NCBI GenBank assembly: GCA_051294375.1
Contig: CM119269.1
Span: 12,316,896-12,380,895 of the forward strand
Source of the DNA: Paraspadella gotoi
Taxonomy: Eukaryota; Animalia; Chaetognatha
Direction: 5' to 3'
Length of the DNA stretch: 64,000 nucleotides
The notes beneath the pieces are model-generated. The model did not search any database, was not told where the DNA came from, and worked only from the letters and a program-made list of their open reading frames with translations. How positions within the stretch are numbered: the first letter of the stretch is position 1; the number at the start of each line of letters is the position of its first letter. Position numbers and translations under genes: made by a program. Below are positions 1-12,305 of this stretch, in pieces.

Positions 1-159
1 TTGTCATGATAATTGTTTGTAAAACATTGAATATACGAAATGAAACAAACTCAACTAATTTTATTTATGTATTATGTATATCGGGGTCTTTTGTTGTGTT
101 TGCAAAGTTCAAACTTTATTATTGCGTTGTTTTATAATATATTTTACCGTTTTCTATTG

Positions 160-235
160 TATGAAATTGGTACAACCAATATAAAAATTATCCATTCATT
201 TAATAAATAAGCTATCTTGCCCCTGACTTTAGACA
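160..235 (+). repeat. Interspersed repeat block, inverted copy at 43065-43140 (noisy copies near 36790 and 37105)
   Basis: tatgaaattggtacaaccaat...gctatcttgcccctgactttagaca is the near-exact reverse complement of 43065-43140; family not identified. Confidence 0.8.
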
Positions 236-665
236 GGCTTTGGTGGTTTAAGGCCTCCATCACTATATTATTCCCCTTAATGTCACCCCCACGATGGGGT
301 TGAAAGGAAAAGGAAAAGGAAAAGGAATACTGAGTTGTGGGACCTCAAATCTAAAAAGCGAAATATTTGAAGCCGAAAACAAATCGAAGATTCGGGATAA
401 AAAACTTGAAAAGATGAAAATGGAGAAAAGAAAATCTTAGAGTTGGAAAGACGCAAAATGTGTGGGGGAGAGAAAAATTAAAAAGGAAAAGGAAAAAGTA
501 AAAAAAGGAAGGGAAAAAAGGGAAAAAAATGAAAAGAAAAAAGGAAAAGAAAAAAGGAAAAAAAAAAGGAAAAGAAAAAATGAAAAGAAAAAATGAAAAG
601 AAAAAAGGAAAAGAAAAAGGAAAAGAAAAAGTGAAAGAAAAAAAAAGAAAGGGTAAAATATAAAA

Positions 666-1152
666 ATGTTGATTGCTATCGGAGTTTCTCCACAACGTGA
701 CGGAGAGCGTAACCACTGGAGTGTCACGGTCCTAATAAGTAGCACCAGTACTTGGGAACGTCGCAGGGAAGGCGTGGCCCAAAAGACTTCTTCTCCGCAC
801 TTCTATTTCACTAGCGACGTCACTCCCGACTTACCCAGAGACAAAGAGTTGATTCTCGCAATTAGCTAAGAATTCTCTGAGTTCGGAAGAAAAAACCACG
901 AACAGCTCGAAGGTCTAACCAAAACCTTGCGCAAAGAAATCTGCAAATTAAAGATAGAGGAAGCAACAGCCGTCCGTTCAAAAGCCCACGCCGACCCTTC
1001 GTCCGACGCGTTCCTGGAAAGAGGCGTCATCGCGCTCCTCCGCGACGAGTTACTAGTAACAGTCAAAATGTGACCTCACACTGGCACACACACGGAAAAC
1101 CGGGGCATGCTTCACGGACCTCTCGGTGAAATTCAGAGGCATGCTATTTACT
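666..1152 (+). pseudogene. Degenerate class III viral fusion glycoprotein fragment (chuvirus G / herpesvirus gB-like; endogenous viral element or retrotransposon env relic)
   Basis: Reading through TAA 867-869 and a +1 shift at 1068 gives ...QKTSSPHFYF...ELILAIS*EFSEFGRKNHEQLEGLTKTLRKEICKLKIEEATAVRSKAHADPSSDAFLERGVIALLRDELLVTVK/CDLTLAHTRKTGACFTDLSVKFRGMLF; C-x17-P, G-x2-A-x4-E-x5-KC and R-x-T-x2-C-[FY]-x2-L-x-V-x-[FY] patterns match the central helix and following region of chuviral G/gB as I recall them. Confidence 0.65.
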
Positions 1153-1379
1153 AAAGGACAACAGGAAAAAATAAATAGAAATAGTAAAATATCGGCTAAA
1201 AGCTAAACGCCCCCCCCAAAAAAAAACGTGTGTAAAAATGAAAAGATAAATCAAATAGAAAGAAAAAGTTTTTTCTTTCTTTATTCGTCTAATGGAGAGA
1301 CGCGAGAAACTCAAGGCAGAGAGAAGATCAAGAGACGAGAGGTTTTATAAAAGATATATGTGGAGTGAGAGGAGGGGAG

Positions 1380-1382
1380 ATT

Positions 1383-1416
<34 letters not shown>

Positions 1417-1890
1417 AAGAGAGAGAGAGAGAAGAGAGAGAGAAGGGGGGTAGAGACAGAGGGGGGAAGAGATAGAGAAGACGGTTGATGGAAAAGAGAG
1501 AAAGAGGGAAAGAAGAGAGAAATGAAAGAGGATATAAGCAGAAGAAGAGAAGAGAAAGAGTAATAAAGAGTGACAGAGAGGATCCAAAAAAACGAAAGAG
1601 AGAGAGAGGAGAGGAAGAGCAAGAAGGAGAGCAGAGAGAGAGAGAGAGAGAGAGAGAATGTGAAATATTGTGGAAATTGTTCAGCGGAGAGAAAGAAAGA
1701 AAATTTGCACGAGTGAACCAACAAAAACAGAAAAAAAAGAAAAAAGAAAAGAAAAGAAAATAAAAAGAAAAATAAAAAAGAAAAGAAAAAAGAAAAGAAA
1801 AAGAAGAGAAAAAAGAAAAGAAGAGAAAAAAGAAAAGAAAAGAGAAACGAAGAAAAATATTTTAAATAAAAAAAGGGAAAAAAATAAATA
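1380..1890. repeat. Purine-rich (AG)n / (AAAAG)n simple-repeat tract (representative of dozens in the window)
   Basis: Directly visible; source of spurious ER/LS/F-rich ORFs. Confidence 0.95.
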
Positions 1891-1967
1891 TTTTAAAAAA
1901 TTGAATTCGAATTCAGTCTGAATAGAAATAAAACTCCATTCTTTTTACAAAACGCGACTTAATCGAA

Positions 1968-2780
1968 AACAAGTTTAAGCAAACAATGTCGGATCTGCCT
2001 ACTAATTTATTATTTATTAATTATTTATTTATTTATTTATTATTTATAATTTATTAATTAATTAATTAATTAATTAATATTTAATTCAAGTTTATTAAAT
2101 AATAATTAATTTATTCAAGTTAATTATTTAATTAATTATGCAACTAATTAATTAATTAATTTGATCCAAAATGTTTGTTTTGATTGATTAATTAACTTAT
2201 TAATTAATTATTGATTAATTAATTGACTAATTGATTAATTAACTGATTAATTATTTGATTAATTAATACATCTTGCATTTACATTTAAAATAAAAATAAA
2301 AAGAAGCATAATCAATTAGTAAAACAAGTTCTTTGTTTTTTCTATTAAACTCATTTCCACTCAAACGATTCCATCGAAACTTGATTTCCACTTTAATAAC
2401 ATACATTTCTACCCAAATACAAAATTTCAAGTCAATCGCCCCATCCACTCATGAGTAATTGGTGTTCAAATAGTGTAATATATTTTTTTGTTTTTTCCAT
2501 TTAAACTCATTTCCACTTGGACGATTCCATCGAAACTTCATATCCAGCTCAATCACACACTTCCCTACCACACACAACATTTTTTGCTAAGGTGGGACGG
2601 ACGGATGGACGGACGGACGGACGGACGGACGGAAGGACATCGTTTTTTTTTCATAATTTATCATAATTCGATGTTCAGACATGATATAAGTGAATGCCCG
2701 ACAAGATTGAGGGGGCGGACCGACGGACCGACAAAATGAATTATAGAGTCGGGATCTGCTGAACGCAGATGCGACTAAAA
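1968..2780 (-). mobile_element. HINE/DINE-1-like non-autonomous Helentron-type element, family 1, full length
   Basis: Reverse complement of 4859-5729: 5' inverted repeat agtcgggatctgc...gcagatgcgact next to a T run, (GTCC)n microsatellite at 2595-2632, two internal ~170 bp repeats, (TTAA)n tract, 3' subterminal gcagatccgac plus short hairpin ending cttgtt; no TSD. Confidence 0.75.
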
Positions 2781-3574
2781 AACTAGAGCTTACGATGCAG
2801 ACGGACATACGGACGGACTTCGTTTAATCAGAAGTCAAAAGAGGGACAGACTGACAGGAAGGTGTCTTTCCAATCAACCCGGGGCGTCGAATCTCTAAAG
2901 CCGAAATAACAAAAGGGAATAGAATAGAGAGGTTAACCAAATAAGGAAGGAAAGAATTAAAAGAAAACAGAAGAAAGAAAAAAAGGGCAAAGAATAAAAA
3001 CTCGTGTTACGATAAGAAGAATCTATAAATAGACCGGAAGGAGGAGGAAGAGAAGAGACTTTTATTTTCTCAAAGCATCCTTTTTCATATTAAATTCGGA
3101 ATGGAATTATACATTAGTATATATATATATATAATTTTATATATTTATATATATATTAGATTAGGTTTGAAGTTAGCTTAGGGTTTGATATTTGGATTAG
3201 GGAAAAAAGTGCCGAAAAAGAGACTTCGACTAAAAATTTTAATGATCGATTTCTATTAGTATTTGATCGATCGGACTAAAAAACAAATAAACAAACAAAC
3301 GAACAAAGGGAAAATCTTCAAAAAGGCGGTCCTCTTCAAACGCGCGTGAATAGAGAAGGCCTAATTAAAAAAATTTATGACAGCGCGATAAAAGAACTTG
3401 TTGAAACTGTCCAAGAAAAAAAGCGGAGAAATAAAAACAGAATAAAAGGAGAACTAAAAAAAAAGGCCGCAAAGAATGAGTCGAGTGCTAATTAAGAGTC
3501 TTGTCCTAATACCCAGTTCGATTTTCTCAGAATGCCCTATTTTATCTGAAATTCAGAATTAGCTTAATTTTTTT

Positions 3575-3789
3575 ACTTCGAGATTAGGTTAAAAATTATG
3601 GTTCGGGATTAGGATAGGGATAAGGTTAGTGGTTAGAGATAGGGACTGGGTTTTCATTTAGGGTTAAAGATTTGGGTTAAGAACTAGCATTTAAAGTTGC
3701 ATTGCTTTATATTAGGTTAAATAGTAAAATTAAAATTAAATTCTGGTATAAACGAGCAGAAATGGGGCGTTCTGGTAAAAGAGTGCCGG
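3575..3789 (+). mobile_element. MITE-like repeat with degenerate TTAGGG-like internal repeats (partial; related pieces at 3158-3213 and 44185-44421)
   Basis: gattagg/ggttag/ttaggg units followed by ttctgg...aaa(g/t)agtgcc(c)g terminus shared by three loci. Confidence 0.5.
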
Positions 3790-4858
3790 AAAAGCATGGG
3801 CCCGAGCGGGGGCAGACTGGCAGACTGGCAGACCGGCAAACCGGATGTTGGGCAGACTCGCAGTTGCCTTCAGATCCTAGAAGCCAAAAGATTTGAAGAC
3901 ATAACATATCGTTGTAATCTTTCCTCTTTAAATTTTTGACCATCGAATAATAATTCGATATAAACTTTAAAGAGGAAAGATTACTAAGATATGTACTGTC
4001 TTCGAATACAAATCATATCTTTTTTCAACTATACTCCTTTTAAACAATCGAAATCTTGTTCACATTGTATAAATGGCTGCCCCGGCCAAAGCATTAAACT
4101 CAACTCTAATATAAATTTTAATATATTCAAAATATAAAGCTACGATTCCATCCCAATGGCAAACGTCCAATTCCATCAACTCTCTCTCTCTCTCTCTCAC
4201 CCTCTCTCTATCAACTTTCCGTGCGGACATCCTGGTTTGTTTTCCTTTTTCCCCCAAAGCTTCGAATCGCCATCGGGCTTAAGCTTTCGATGTCAGATAG
4301 AGAAAAAGAAAAATCATCTCTTTGGAAAAAAAGGAGGCGAAGGTCGCTGATGTACAGGAGAGCGCGGTTATATCGCCGAAACGTAAGATCGATCGTGTAT
4401 TTTAGATATATATATATATTGCAAATCCCGACTTTATAATCCACTTTATCGTTCCGTCGGTCCGCCCCTCAATCTTGTCGGGCATTCACTTATATCATGT
4501 CAGAACATCAAATTATGATAAATTATGCAAATAAAATTTTGTCCGTCCGTCCGTCCGTCCGTCCGTCCGTCCGTCAGTCCGTCAGTCCGTCAGTCCGTTA
4601 GTCCGTCAATCCGTCAGTCCGTCCGTCCGTCCGTCCGTCCTTCCATCCCCCTTAGCAAAAAACTCTAAATATTCGTGATTGGATGGATGGACTGGAATGA
4701 AATTTTGTGTGTGTGTAGGGAAGTGTGTGATTGAGCTGGATATGAAGTTTCGATGGAATCGTGCTAGTTCAAATGAATTTAAATGGAAAAAACCAAAAAA
4801 ATTATTTCATTATTTGAAAGCCAATTACTCGTGAGTGGATTGGTCAATTGACTTTAAT

Positions 4859-5729
4859 TTTTAGTCGGATCTTCTTATCAGCAGATCCCGACTCTATAAT
4901 TCACTTTGTCGGTCCATCGGTCCGCCCCCTCAATATTGTCGGGCACTAGCTTATATCATGTCAGAACATCGAATTATGATAAATTATGCAAAAAAAATGA
5001 TGTCCGTCCGTCCGTCCGTCCATCAGTCCATCCGTCCATCAGTCCGTCCATCAGTCCGTCCGTCCGTTCGTCCATCCATCCCACCTTAGCAAAAAACACC
5101 AATTACCTCTGCATTGGATGAGGCCATGGACTTTTGAATGGCACAATTCTGTCGTGTGCGGGTCAGGGCAACGTGTGCGGCTGATCTGCAGCTCGGCGAT
5201 ATGACGAGTCTTTTCAGATGGAATCGTGACCCGAGTGCCGAACATGTGCAGTTCTCACAATGGCACCAAAAAAAAAATATATAACCTTCACTATTTAGAC
5301 TACCAATTGCTCATGAGTGGATGGGGCGATTGACCTGGAATTTTGTATGTGAGTAGGAAAGTGTGTGAATTGAACAGGAAACCAAGTTTCGATGGAATCG
5401 TTTGAGTGGAAATTAAGTTTAAATGGAAAAAAACAAAAAACCTGTTTCACTAATTGATTATGATTTTTTCATTTTATATTAAATGTATATGCAGGTGTAT
5501 TAATAAATCAAATAATTAATCAGTTAATTAATTAATTAGTCAATTAATTAATCAATAATTAATTAATCAGTTAATTAATCAAAACAAACATTTTGGATCA
5601 AAATCATAATTGCACACTAATTCTGCATTAATTAAATAATAAACTTGAATAAATTAATTATTAAATAATAATTTATTAATTACCGAAAATGATCGAGGGC
5701 AGATCCGACATTGTTTGCTCAAACTTGTT
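4859..5729 (+). mobile_element. HINE family 1 inner full-length copy
   Basis: Starts ttttagtcggatct...gcagatcccgactctata, (GTCC)n at about 5002-5075, ends gggcagatccgacattgtttgctcaaacttgtt with GTTTG-CT-CAAAC hairpin; subterminal inverted repeats gtcggatct/agatccgac. Confidence 0.75.
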
Positions 5730-5759
5730 TCCTTTCTGTTTCGTTGTGATTTGATTTAG

Positions 5760-5893
5760 AACAAAGTTTTGAAGAGAGATTTAACGACGATTTTTATTTC
5801 ATAGTGAAACGGACATACGAGTCTGTGAGTCGAAACATGTCCGTTTCACTATGAAATAAAAATCGTTGTTAAATCTCTCTTCAAAACTTTGTT
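5760..5893. mobile_element. 57 bp-arm palindrome; probable inverted Penelope-like pLTR fragment carrying the 3' half of a hammerhead ribozyme
   Basis: Arms 5760-5816 and 5837-5893 are complementary with one mismatch; junction reads gagt-ctgtg-agtc-GAAAC-AT-GTC followed by aataaa, typical of Penelope minimal hammerheads; CTGANGA half absent. Confidence 0.55.
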
Positions 5894-7163
5894 ATTTTAA
5901 CCCATAATCGATTGAGATGAAATTTTGTGAGCGGGAAGGAAAGTTTGTGAAGAAGCTAGATATAAAGTTTTGACGGAATTGTGCCAGTGGAAATGAGTTT
6001 ATATAGAAAAAATATAAGTCACATTTACTTTATTTTAAGGACATCGATGATGATAAGCTGTATATAAATTTATAATTAATTATTAAATATTAAAATTAAA
6101 TAATTAATTAATTAATTAATTAATTAATCGATTAATTAATTAATTAATCAATTTTCGATCCGACATTGTTTGCTCAAACTTGTTTTTATGTGGGTAGGAA
6201 AGTGTATGATTAAGCTGGAAATTTAGTTTTGATGGAATCGTTTGAGTGGAAATGAGTTTAAATTATAGTTTAAAGTATAATGCGTTTTTCAATATTTCGA
6301 TGATAAGTGGGTCAAATAATGGAAAACTCTATAAAATCATCATTATCATCATCGTACCATAATTTTTATTAACCAATAAAACATAAAAAATTTTTATTTA
6401 TTTTTTCAAGCTCTACCCGAATCCGTTTTTAAAAATTCTGATTTTAAAAAAAAATTTCATGATTTATAGTAATACGATAAGCTTTAAATGCTTTTATGTT
6501 ATTAACTATAAATAAAATCTAAAATTTTTTTAAATTTCGTTATCCCACAGGGAAGCTCTAACGTTATTTATATTACAGAACTCTTAGTTTTTACTTTGTT
6601 CCGCCTTATTACTTACCGCTAATGATCGTGGGCAGATTGTTGTTTGCTCAAACTTGTTCAAAAGAACCTGTACTTTCTCTGGGACAGGCCTATGAGGCAA
6701 CGGTGGGTTAAGGTACCAATATAAAAAACAAAATTAGATATTAACATCGAAATACTGGATATGAAATTAAGGATATGAAAAATGAACTTGTATGAATTTC
6801 TATGAATTTCGTTTTTCCTGTTTTAACAAAAAGGAGATAGGGCCATGGAATTTACTCAGTAATACTTATTTTAAAAATAATAAAACCAACGACAATGCAA
6901 AAGCGCAAAGATAATCAACTTAAGTATAAAAAAATTAATTTTAAAGATTTCTTGCTTTAAAATTACTACGTAGTCTAATTGATATAATAAAATCAAGGGC
7001 ATTTAGTGATATCGTCATTTAAACTAATAAATGGAGTAATGTTGGACTTATCTTCATTAATCATAATTTACTAATGATACGTTTGCTGAATTAAGCAGTA
7101 GGGAATAAATAATGTCTATCTCTCTCTCTCTCTCTCTCTCCCTCTCTCTCTCTTCTCTCTCTC

Positions 7164-7241
<78 letters not shown>

Positions 7242-7944
7242 CACTCAATTTTCGGGAAAACTGAAAGGTAATAAAAGAGAATTAACTTCTTCCTCTTTCT
7301 TGGGATAATTCGTCTTTCTTAAATCGTCGGAGGATAATGCATCATTTTTATTTGTTGGTTTCGAAAAAGAGAAAAAAATGGAGGAGTCGTTCTGAAAAAT
7401 GTTATACCTGAGGAGAAAATGTCTCATACAATAAATTATAAATAGATATGTGAGAATGATCAGTACAGTGAGAACTTTTTTATCTAGTTATATTCCAACT
7501 GATCATTTTTTGAATAAAAAGAATTAGTTAATACTCAGCAGTGTGTCAAAAAAAATTAATTGTAACTACATTCACATATTTCTATAACTCTAAATTTTAA
7601 TCTAGAATTGTACACTATTGTTGACTGTTGAAATGCCCAAAGAAAAGATCATGAAAAATTAACACTCAAAAATGTTTTAAAATAAAAAAACTCCGAAATT
7701 AAAAAAAATACAAATGGATAAAAATTACAAACTACACGACATTACATTGAACTCCTTGTTTCCACCTCCTCATTCGGGTGAACTTCGCGACCCTCTCACT
7801 CTTTCTCTCTCTCATTCTCTCTCACCCCTTTTGCCCTTTCCCGATTGCTTAATTCGGTCGAGAGTGTCTCTCTCTCACTCTCTATCTCTCTCTGTGTGTC
7901 TCTTTTCCTCATTATTCTCTCTATCTCCGCCTCCTCGTCTCTCT

Positions 7945-7997
<53 letters not shown>

Positions 7998-8445
7998 TGC
8001 CTTCAGTCCTAAAACGCAACCCATATTCGCTTGACATCGGCGCATCCACCTTCAGCGTTAGAACTCACCCAAAACGAGTAAGTTTCTCTCCAGACTCGTT
8101 AAAACTTGTCTTTTTCGTCCGATCATATTCCCGCTTGGACTTAAAGGATTCACGGATCTGATCGGAGAAGGACTTTTTTCACGACCTCACCTGAGCTCTT
8201 CCCGCTCTCAAAACCAAACAAGATTTTTACATTTTTTTCCCTTTCCTTCCTTTTTTTTTTGCTGGGGGGCAGAGTCGTCGTTCTCCGTCCCCACCCCCCA
8301 AACTCAGGGGGGTACATCACAACCCCCCCCGCCGCGGAATCCACAGGGGGGACGGGCATCGCCAACCAGTCGGAAGCGAGGCTCAAAAATTGAAACGAGA
8401 TCCGCTGAGATTTCAAATCATCTCCGTCTCTCTCTCTCTCCCTTC

Positions 8446-8523
<78 letters not shown>

Positions 8524-9550
8524 GCTCTCGCTCTTTCCCCCTCTCTCTCCTCGGAGATTTGAAATCCCCGGAAAAAAAAAGACAAGATAAATTTGGGTTG
8601 CCCTTTTTTTTCGGCGGAGATTCCTCCAGGGGGAGCTGTGGCGGCGCTGAGGGTTGTAGGGGGACGCCATTGGCAAAGGAAGGGAGTATAGGCAAGAATA
8701 GGCAGAGGACAGTTGTGAAAATAAAAATGTATATAATAGAGTTAAATCCGAAATTAACAATGGTGGAGGGAAGAATATAATGCTTTGGTTTGAGAGAACA
8801 GTAGATTTTAATGTCGTTCCTTCTCTTGTCGGCGCTCAAGGTAAACCAGTTTTGGTATCCAAGCGACAATTTCAAACAAAACCTCGGAGTGACACTCTTG
8901 ACAAGTGCAAGAAGCTGGATGTTTAATTTGACTGTCATAAATTTTTCCCAAAAAGATAAAAAAGTTTAAATAAAATTCCTTTCCGAATCACGAAATTTAT
9001 CATTTCAAAAGAGGCCAGTAATTAAAATTAATAAAATATTGCCACAATTTGGAAATTATCGATTCATTCAATAAACAAGCTGAGGCTAAGTTCTTTTAAG
9101 GCCTGCATCCCTTTTACAACATAATAAGACATAACACTCCCATCATCCCTGGCGATAGTTTGGTTTCCTTGGTATAAAAGGACCACACTATTTTTTATAC
9201 AAATTGACAATGTAATCAAAAAATAGTTAACGATTAAATTTTCAATATATATATAAATGTAAAAGAAACAAGATAAGGAAATCTCTAATCTTGATCTTCG
9301 ATGTTCGTCGACATATTCATCCTCGAAAATAGAAAATCGAGGACGTGGTAGGGGGGAGGTAGGGGGGAGACGTTGGGGAGACGGGGCAGGGCGTGAAGGG
9401 GGTTGTGGGGGGTAGTGGGGGGTATAGGGGGTAGTGGGAGGATGGGCGTAAGAAGGTTTTGCGCTGAAGGGATAACAATGTTGTGCTTAATTAGAAATAT
9501 TTTGAGGAGAAAATTGAATTTTTGTTTTCCTTTAATGGTTCGGCTAAATC

Positions 9551-9654
<104 letters not shown>

Positions 9655-10307
9655 GCTATTCGCGCGCCTAACGTCTTGTTGGCGAGTCCATCCGTGCGTA
9701 CGTTCCTCCGTTCGTCCATCTATCCGTCCATCCGTCAGTCCATATGTCCTTCCCTATAAGCATCGAAACTTTAACTTTTCTTAACACCTCAATTGTCCAG
9801 ATAACGTATAACGGGTCGGTCGGGTCTGTCCTTCTGTCCATTCGTCTGTCCATCGGTCCGTCCGTCTCTCCGTCCGTCCGCACGAGGATTCAACAGAGAG
9901 AGGAGCAAAATGATGGTTAATGTCAGACTTGTTGTTGTTCTTGTTCTTGTTCTTGTTTTTGTTGTTGTTGTTGTTGTTGTTGTAGTTTTAGTCTTGACTT
10001 GGCTTGGTTTGGGTGGGGAAGTTTCGCCTGTATAGACGAGGCGTGAGCTCTCTGTCTCATTGGTGCCGTGAAGGTGGCAATAATGGCGATGGAACCAAAT
10101 ATGCAAAAGGCGGGAATGGAACCAAATATGGAAACGGTCATAATAAGAGACAAGAAAATATGAAACAATGGAAGGGAATTTAATCAAAGATAAAAATGGT
10201 GATAGAAACGATGGAAAATTATTCAATGATAAAAGAAGGTAAAGTTGAGGTTAAAATAAAAAAGTGGGCATTGAATTAAAACGTAGATTTATAGTTAAAT
10301 ATATATA

Positions 10308-10764
10308 TTGATAAAAATGTGGAAATCAAGCCTATAATAAAAATGTGGAAAGGAAGTCTATGATAAAAATGTAGAAATCAAGCCTATGATAAAAATGTTG
10401 AAATCAAGCCTATGATAAAAAGTGGAAATCAAGCCTATGATAAAAATGTTGAAATCAAGCCTATGATAAAAATGTAGAAATCAAGCCTATGATAAAAATG
10501 TTGAAATCAAGCCTATGATAAAAATGTAGAAATCAAGCCTATGATAAAAATGTGGAAATCAAGCCAATGATAAAAATGTGAAAATCAAGCCTATGATAAA
10601 AATGTTGAAAGCAAGCCTATGATAAAAATGTAGAAATCAAGCCTATGATAAAAATGTGGAAATCAAGCCTATGATAAAAATGTGAAAAATCAAGCTTATG
10701 ATAAAAATGTTGAAAGCAAGCCTATGATAAAAATTTTGAAATCAAGCCAATGATAAAAACGTGG
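10308..10764. repeat. 26 bp minisatellite (aaatcaagcctatgataaaaatgtag), about 17 copies
   Basis: Direct tandem repeats visible; garbled duplicate at about 19930-20460. Confidence 0.95.
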
Positions 10765-10963
10765 ATCATGTGCGTACGATGGTCTGAGAGACCGATAAGG
10801 GAGAGAGACTGACAGACACCGAGGAACTGATAAGTCAGTCTCGAAAGTACAAAGCACTTTCATGACCACCAGATGGCAAAAATAAAGATGAGTGAAAAAA
10901 GCGTCGTTATATATCGCTACTTTTTAATGGAAAGATGAAAAAAAGAATTTTTAAAGCTTCGCT

Positions 10964-10970
10964 GATGATT

Positions 10971-11038
<68 letters not shown>
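10964..11038. repeat. (GAT)n microsatellite
   Basis: Directly visible; produces the poly-M/poly-I ORFs. Confidence 0.95.
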
Positions 11039-11502
11039 CGGAATGAGAAAAGACTTTAACCTCGGATCCTTAATGTTTTTTCTATTCACTCCGAATTCAC
11101 TTTTTATTCTTTCTATCTATCTATCTTTCTATCTTTCTTTTGTCTTTTTTTTAAATTTTATTGTTCGGAGGTTCTCTAACTTTTTCTAACTTTCCGGTAC
11201 TTCTAAAACATTAAATTAAACCATTAAACAAAAAATCTCAATTTCTAAAAAAATTAAATTTAAGAGACATAGATTTTAAACCACCAGAGGCAATTTTTTT
11301 TTCCGGTCTGAGTCTGAGAATGAAATGTTTCTTATATTTGACATCTTCTGTTTCCATTTTCAATTTGTTTCAATGCAAAAAAAATATTCAAACTGTCAAA
11401 AACATAAGGAATCAGATAAAAGATACGAATATACGTAAAAGGGGGAAAATTTAGTAAAGCGAAGGCTGTTGAATTTGATAGTATGGTGGACTAAAATCCA
11501 CC

Positions 11503-11685
11503 AACCGTTGGTGCCGGAGGCAAGTCATTCGCCTCCCAACCAAAAGGTCCGGGGTTCTAGCCCGGTGGTCGCCTGGCAGTTATGAGGGACGGGGTGCTTA
11601 ACCCGCCTGTAACTCGGTGTTACATCCTGATCCGAAGCTCAGGGACTGCTTACATTGAACGGTTCTGTCACTAACATATAACAAT
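11503..11685 (+). mobile_element. tRNA-derived SINE (Gly-like head); artefactual duplicate at about 21211-21395
   Basis: A-box-like tggtgccggagg, anticodon-arm-like ttcgcctcccaacc, B-box-like ggttctagccc, then a ~110 bp GC-richer body ending in an A-rich tail. Confidence 0.6.
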
Positions 11686-12156
11686 TATCACTGTCTCTTC
11701 AATAGCATCCTATTTTCATTCTTACGTTTTGATAAATTAAAGTATTGGCATCCACTATCCCTTTTCTATCACGCCAACTTTGTGATTCTGCTCGGTCAAA
11801 TGTTCTCCGTTCACCAGATGTCTCTCTTTTCTCACCAGATGTCACTCTTTTTTTTACAAATGAGCATCTGCTTCTAGTTTTTTTTTCACTTCCGCTTTAA
11901 CATCTGTTATAACTTTTCCATCGGTTTCCTATAGACTTTTCTTTTCCCGCTTATTCCCATAGCCTATATTTTTTGCATCATATGCATCAGTTCTTTTTAT
12001 AGTTCTTTACAGCGAAGTTAATTTTCATGTTAACAAAACCAGGATTATCAAGCTCAGCGTCTGACCCTCTTTTCCTCTCTTGTTTCGCAATTTTTCAAGC
12101 GTTGGTTTCATTTGCAGAATCAACCGCACAATTTCCAGGCATCTTCTCCTAGGGGC

Positions 12157-12305
<149 letters not shown>

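Larger units (their letters stand above)
4398..6659 (+). mobile_element. HINE family 1 outer copy, interrupted by a nested insertion at about 4860-6183
   Basis: 5' part 4421-4860 with (GTCC/GTCA)n at 4541-4640; sequence resumes collinearly at 6184 (tttatgtgggtaggaaagtg) and a 3' end gggcagattgttgtttgctcaaacttgtt lies at 6630-6658. Confidence 0.65.

Noticed and set aside
4340-4395. ctgatgt...gccgaaacg as a hammerhead
   Set aside because: Core reads CTGATGT and stems I/III cannot be formed
6695-6711. TTAA-CCCACC piggyBac-like terminus (similar at 30139-30155)
   Set aside because: Only about 15 bp, no paired end in suitable orientation and distance
8150-8938. 262 aa minus-strand ORF
   Set aside because: Spans an (AG)n tract, no ATG start or domain; unique parts unrecognised
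10308-10764. 26 bp repeats (also the 14 bp and 44 bp arrays) as CRISPR-like arrays
   Set aside because: Head-to-tail with no unique spacers, no cas genes, eukaryotic context
10770-10850. gagactgac...gtcagtctc stem followed by GAAA as a hammerhead
   Set aside because: No CTGANGA adjacent to the stem and no matching NUH/stem III
11503-11570. Functional tRNA-Gly gene (also tRNA-like pieces at 40268-40350 and 45224-45262)
   Set aside because: Acceptor and anticodon stems do not pair properly and boxes are degenerate; treated as SINE heads
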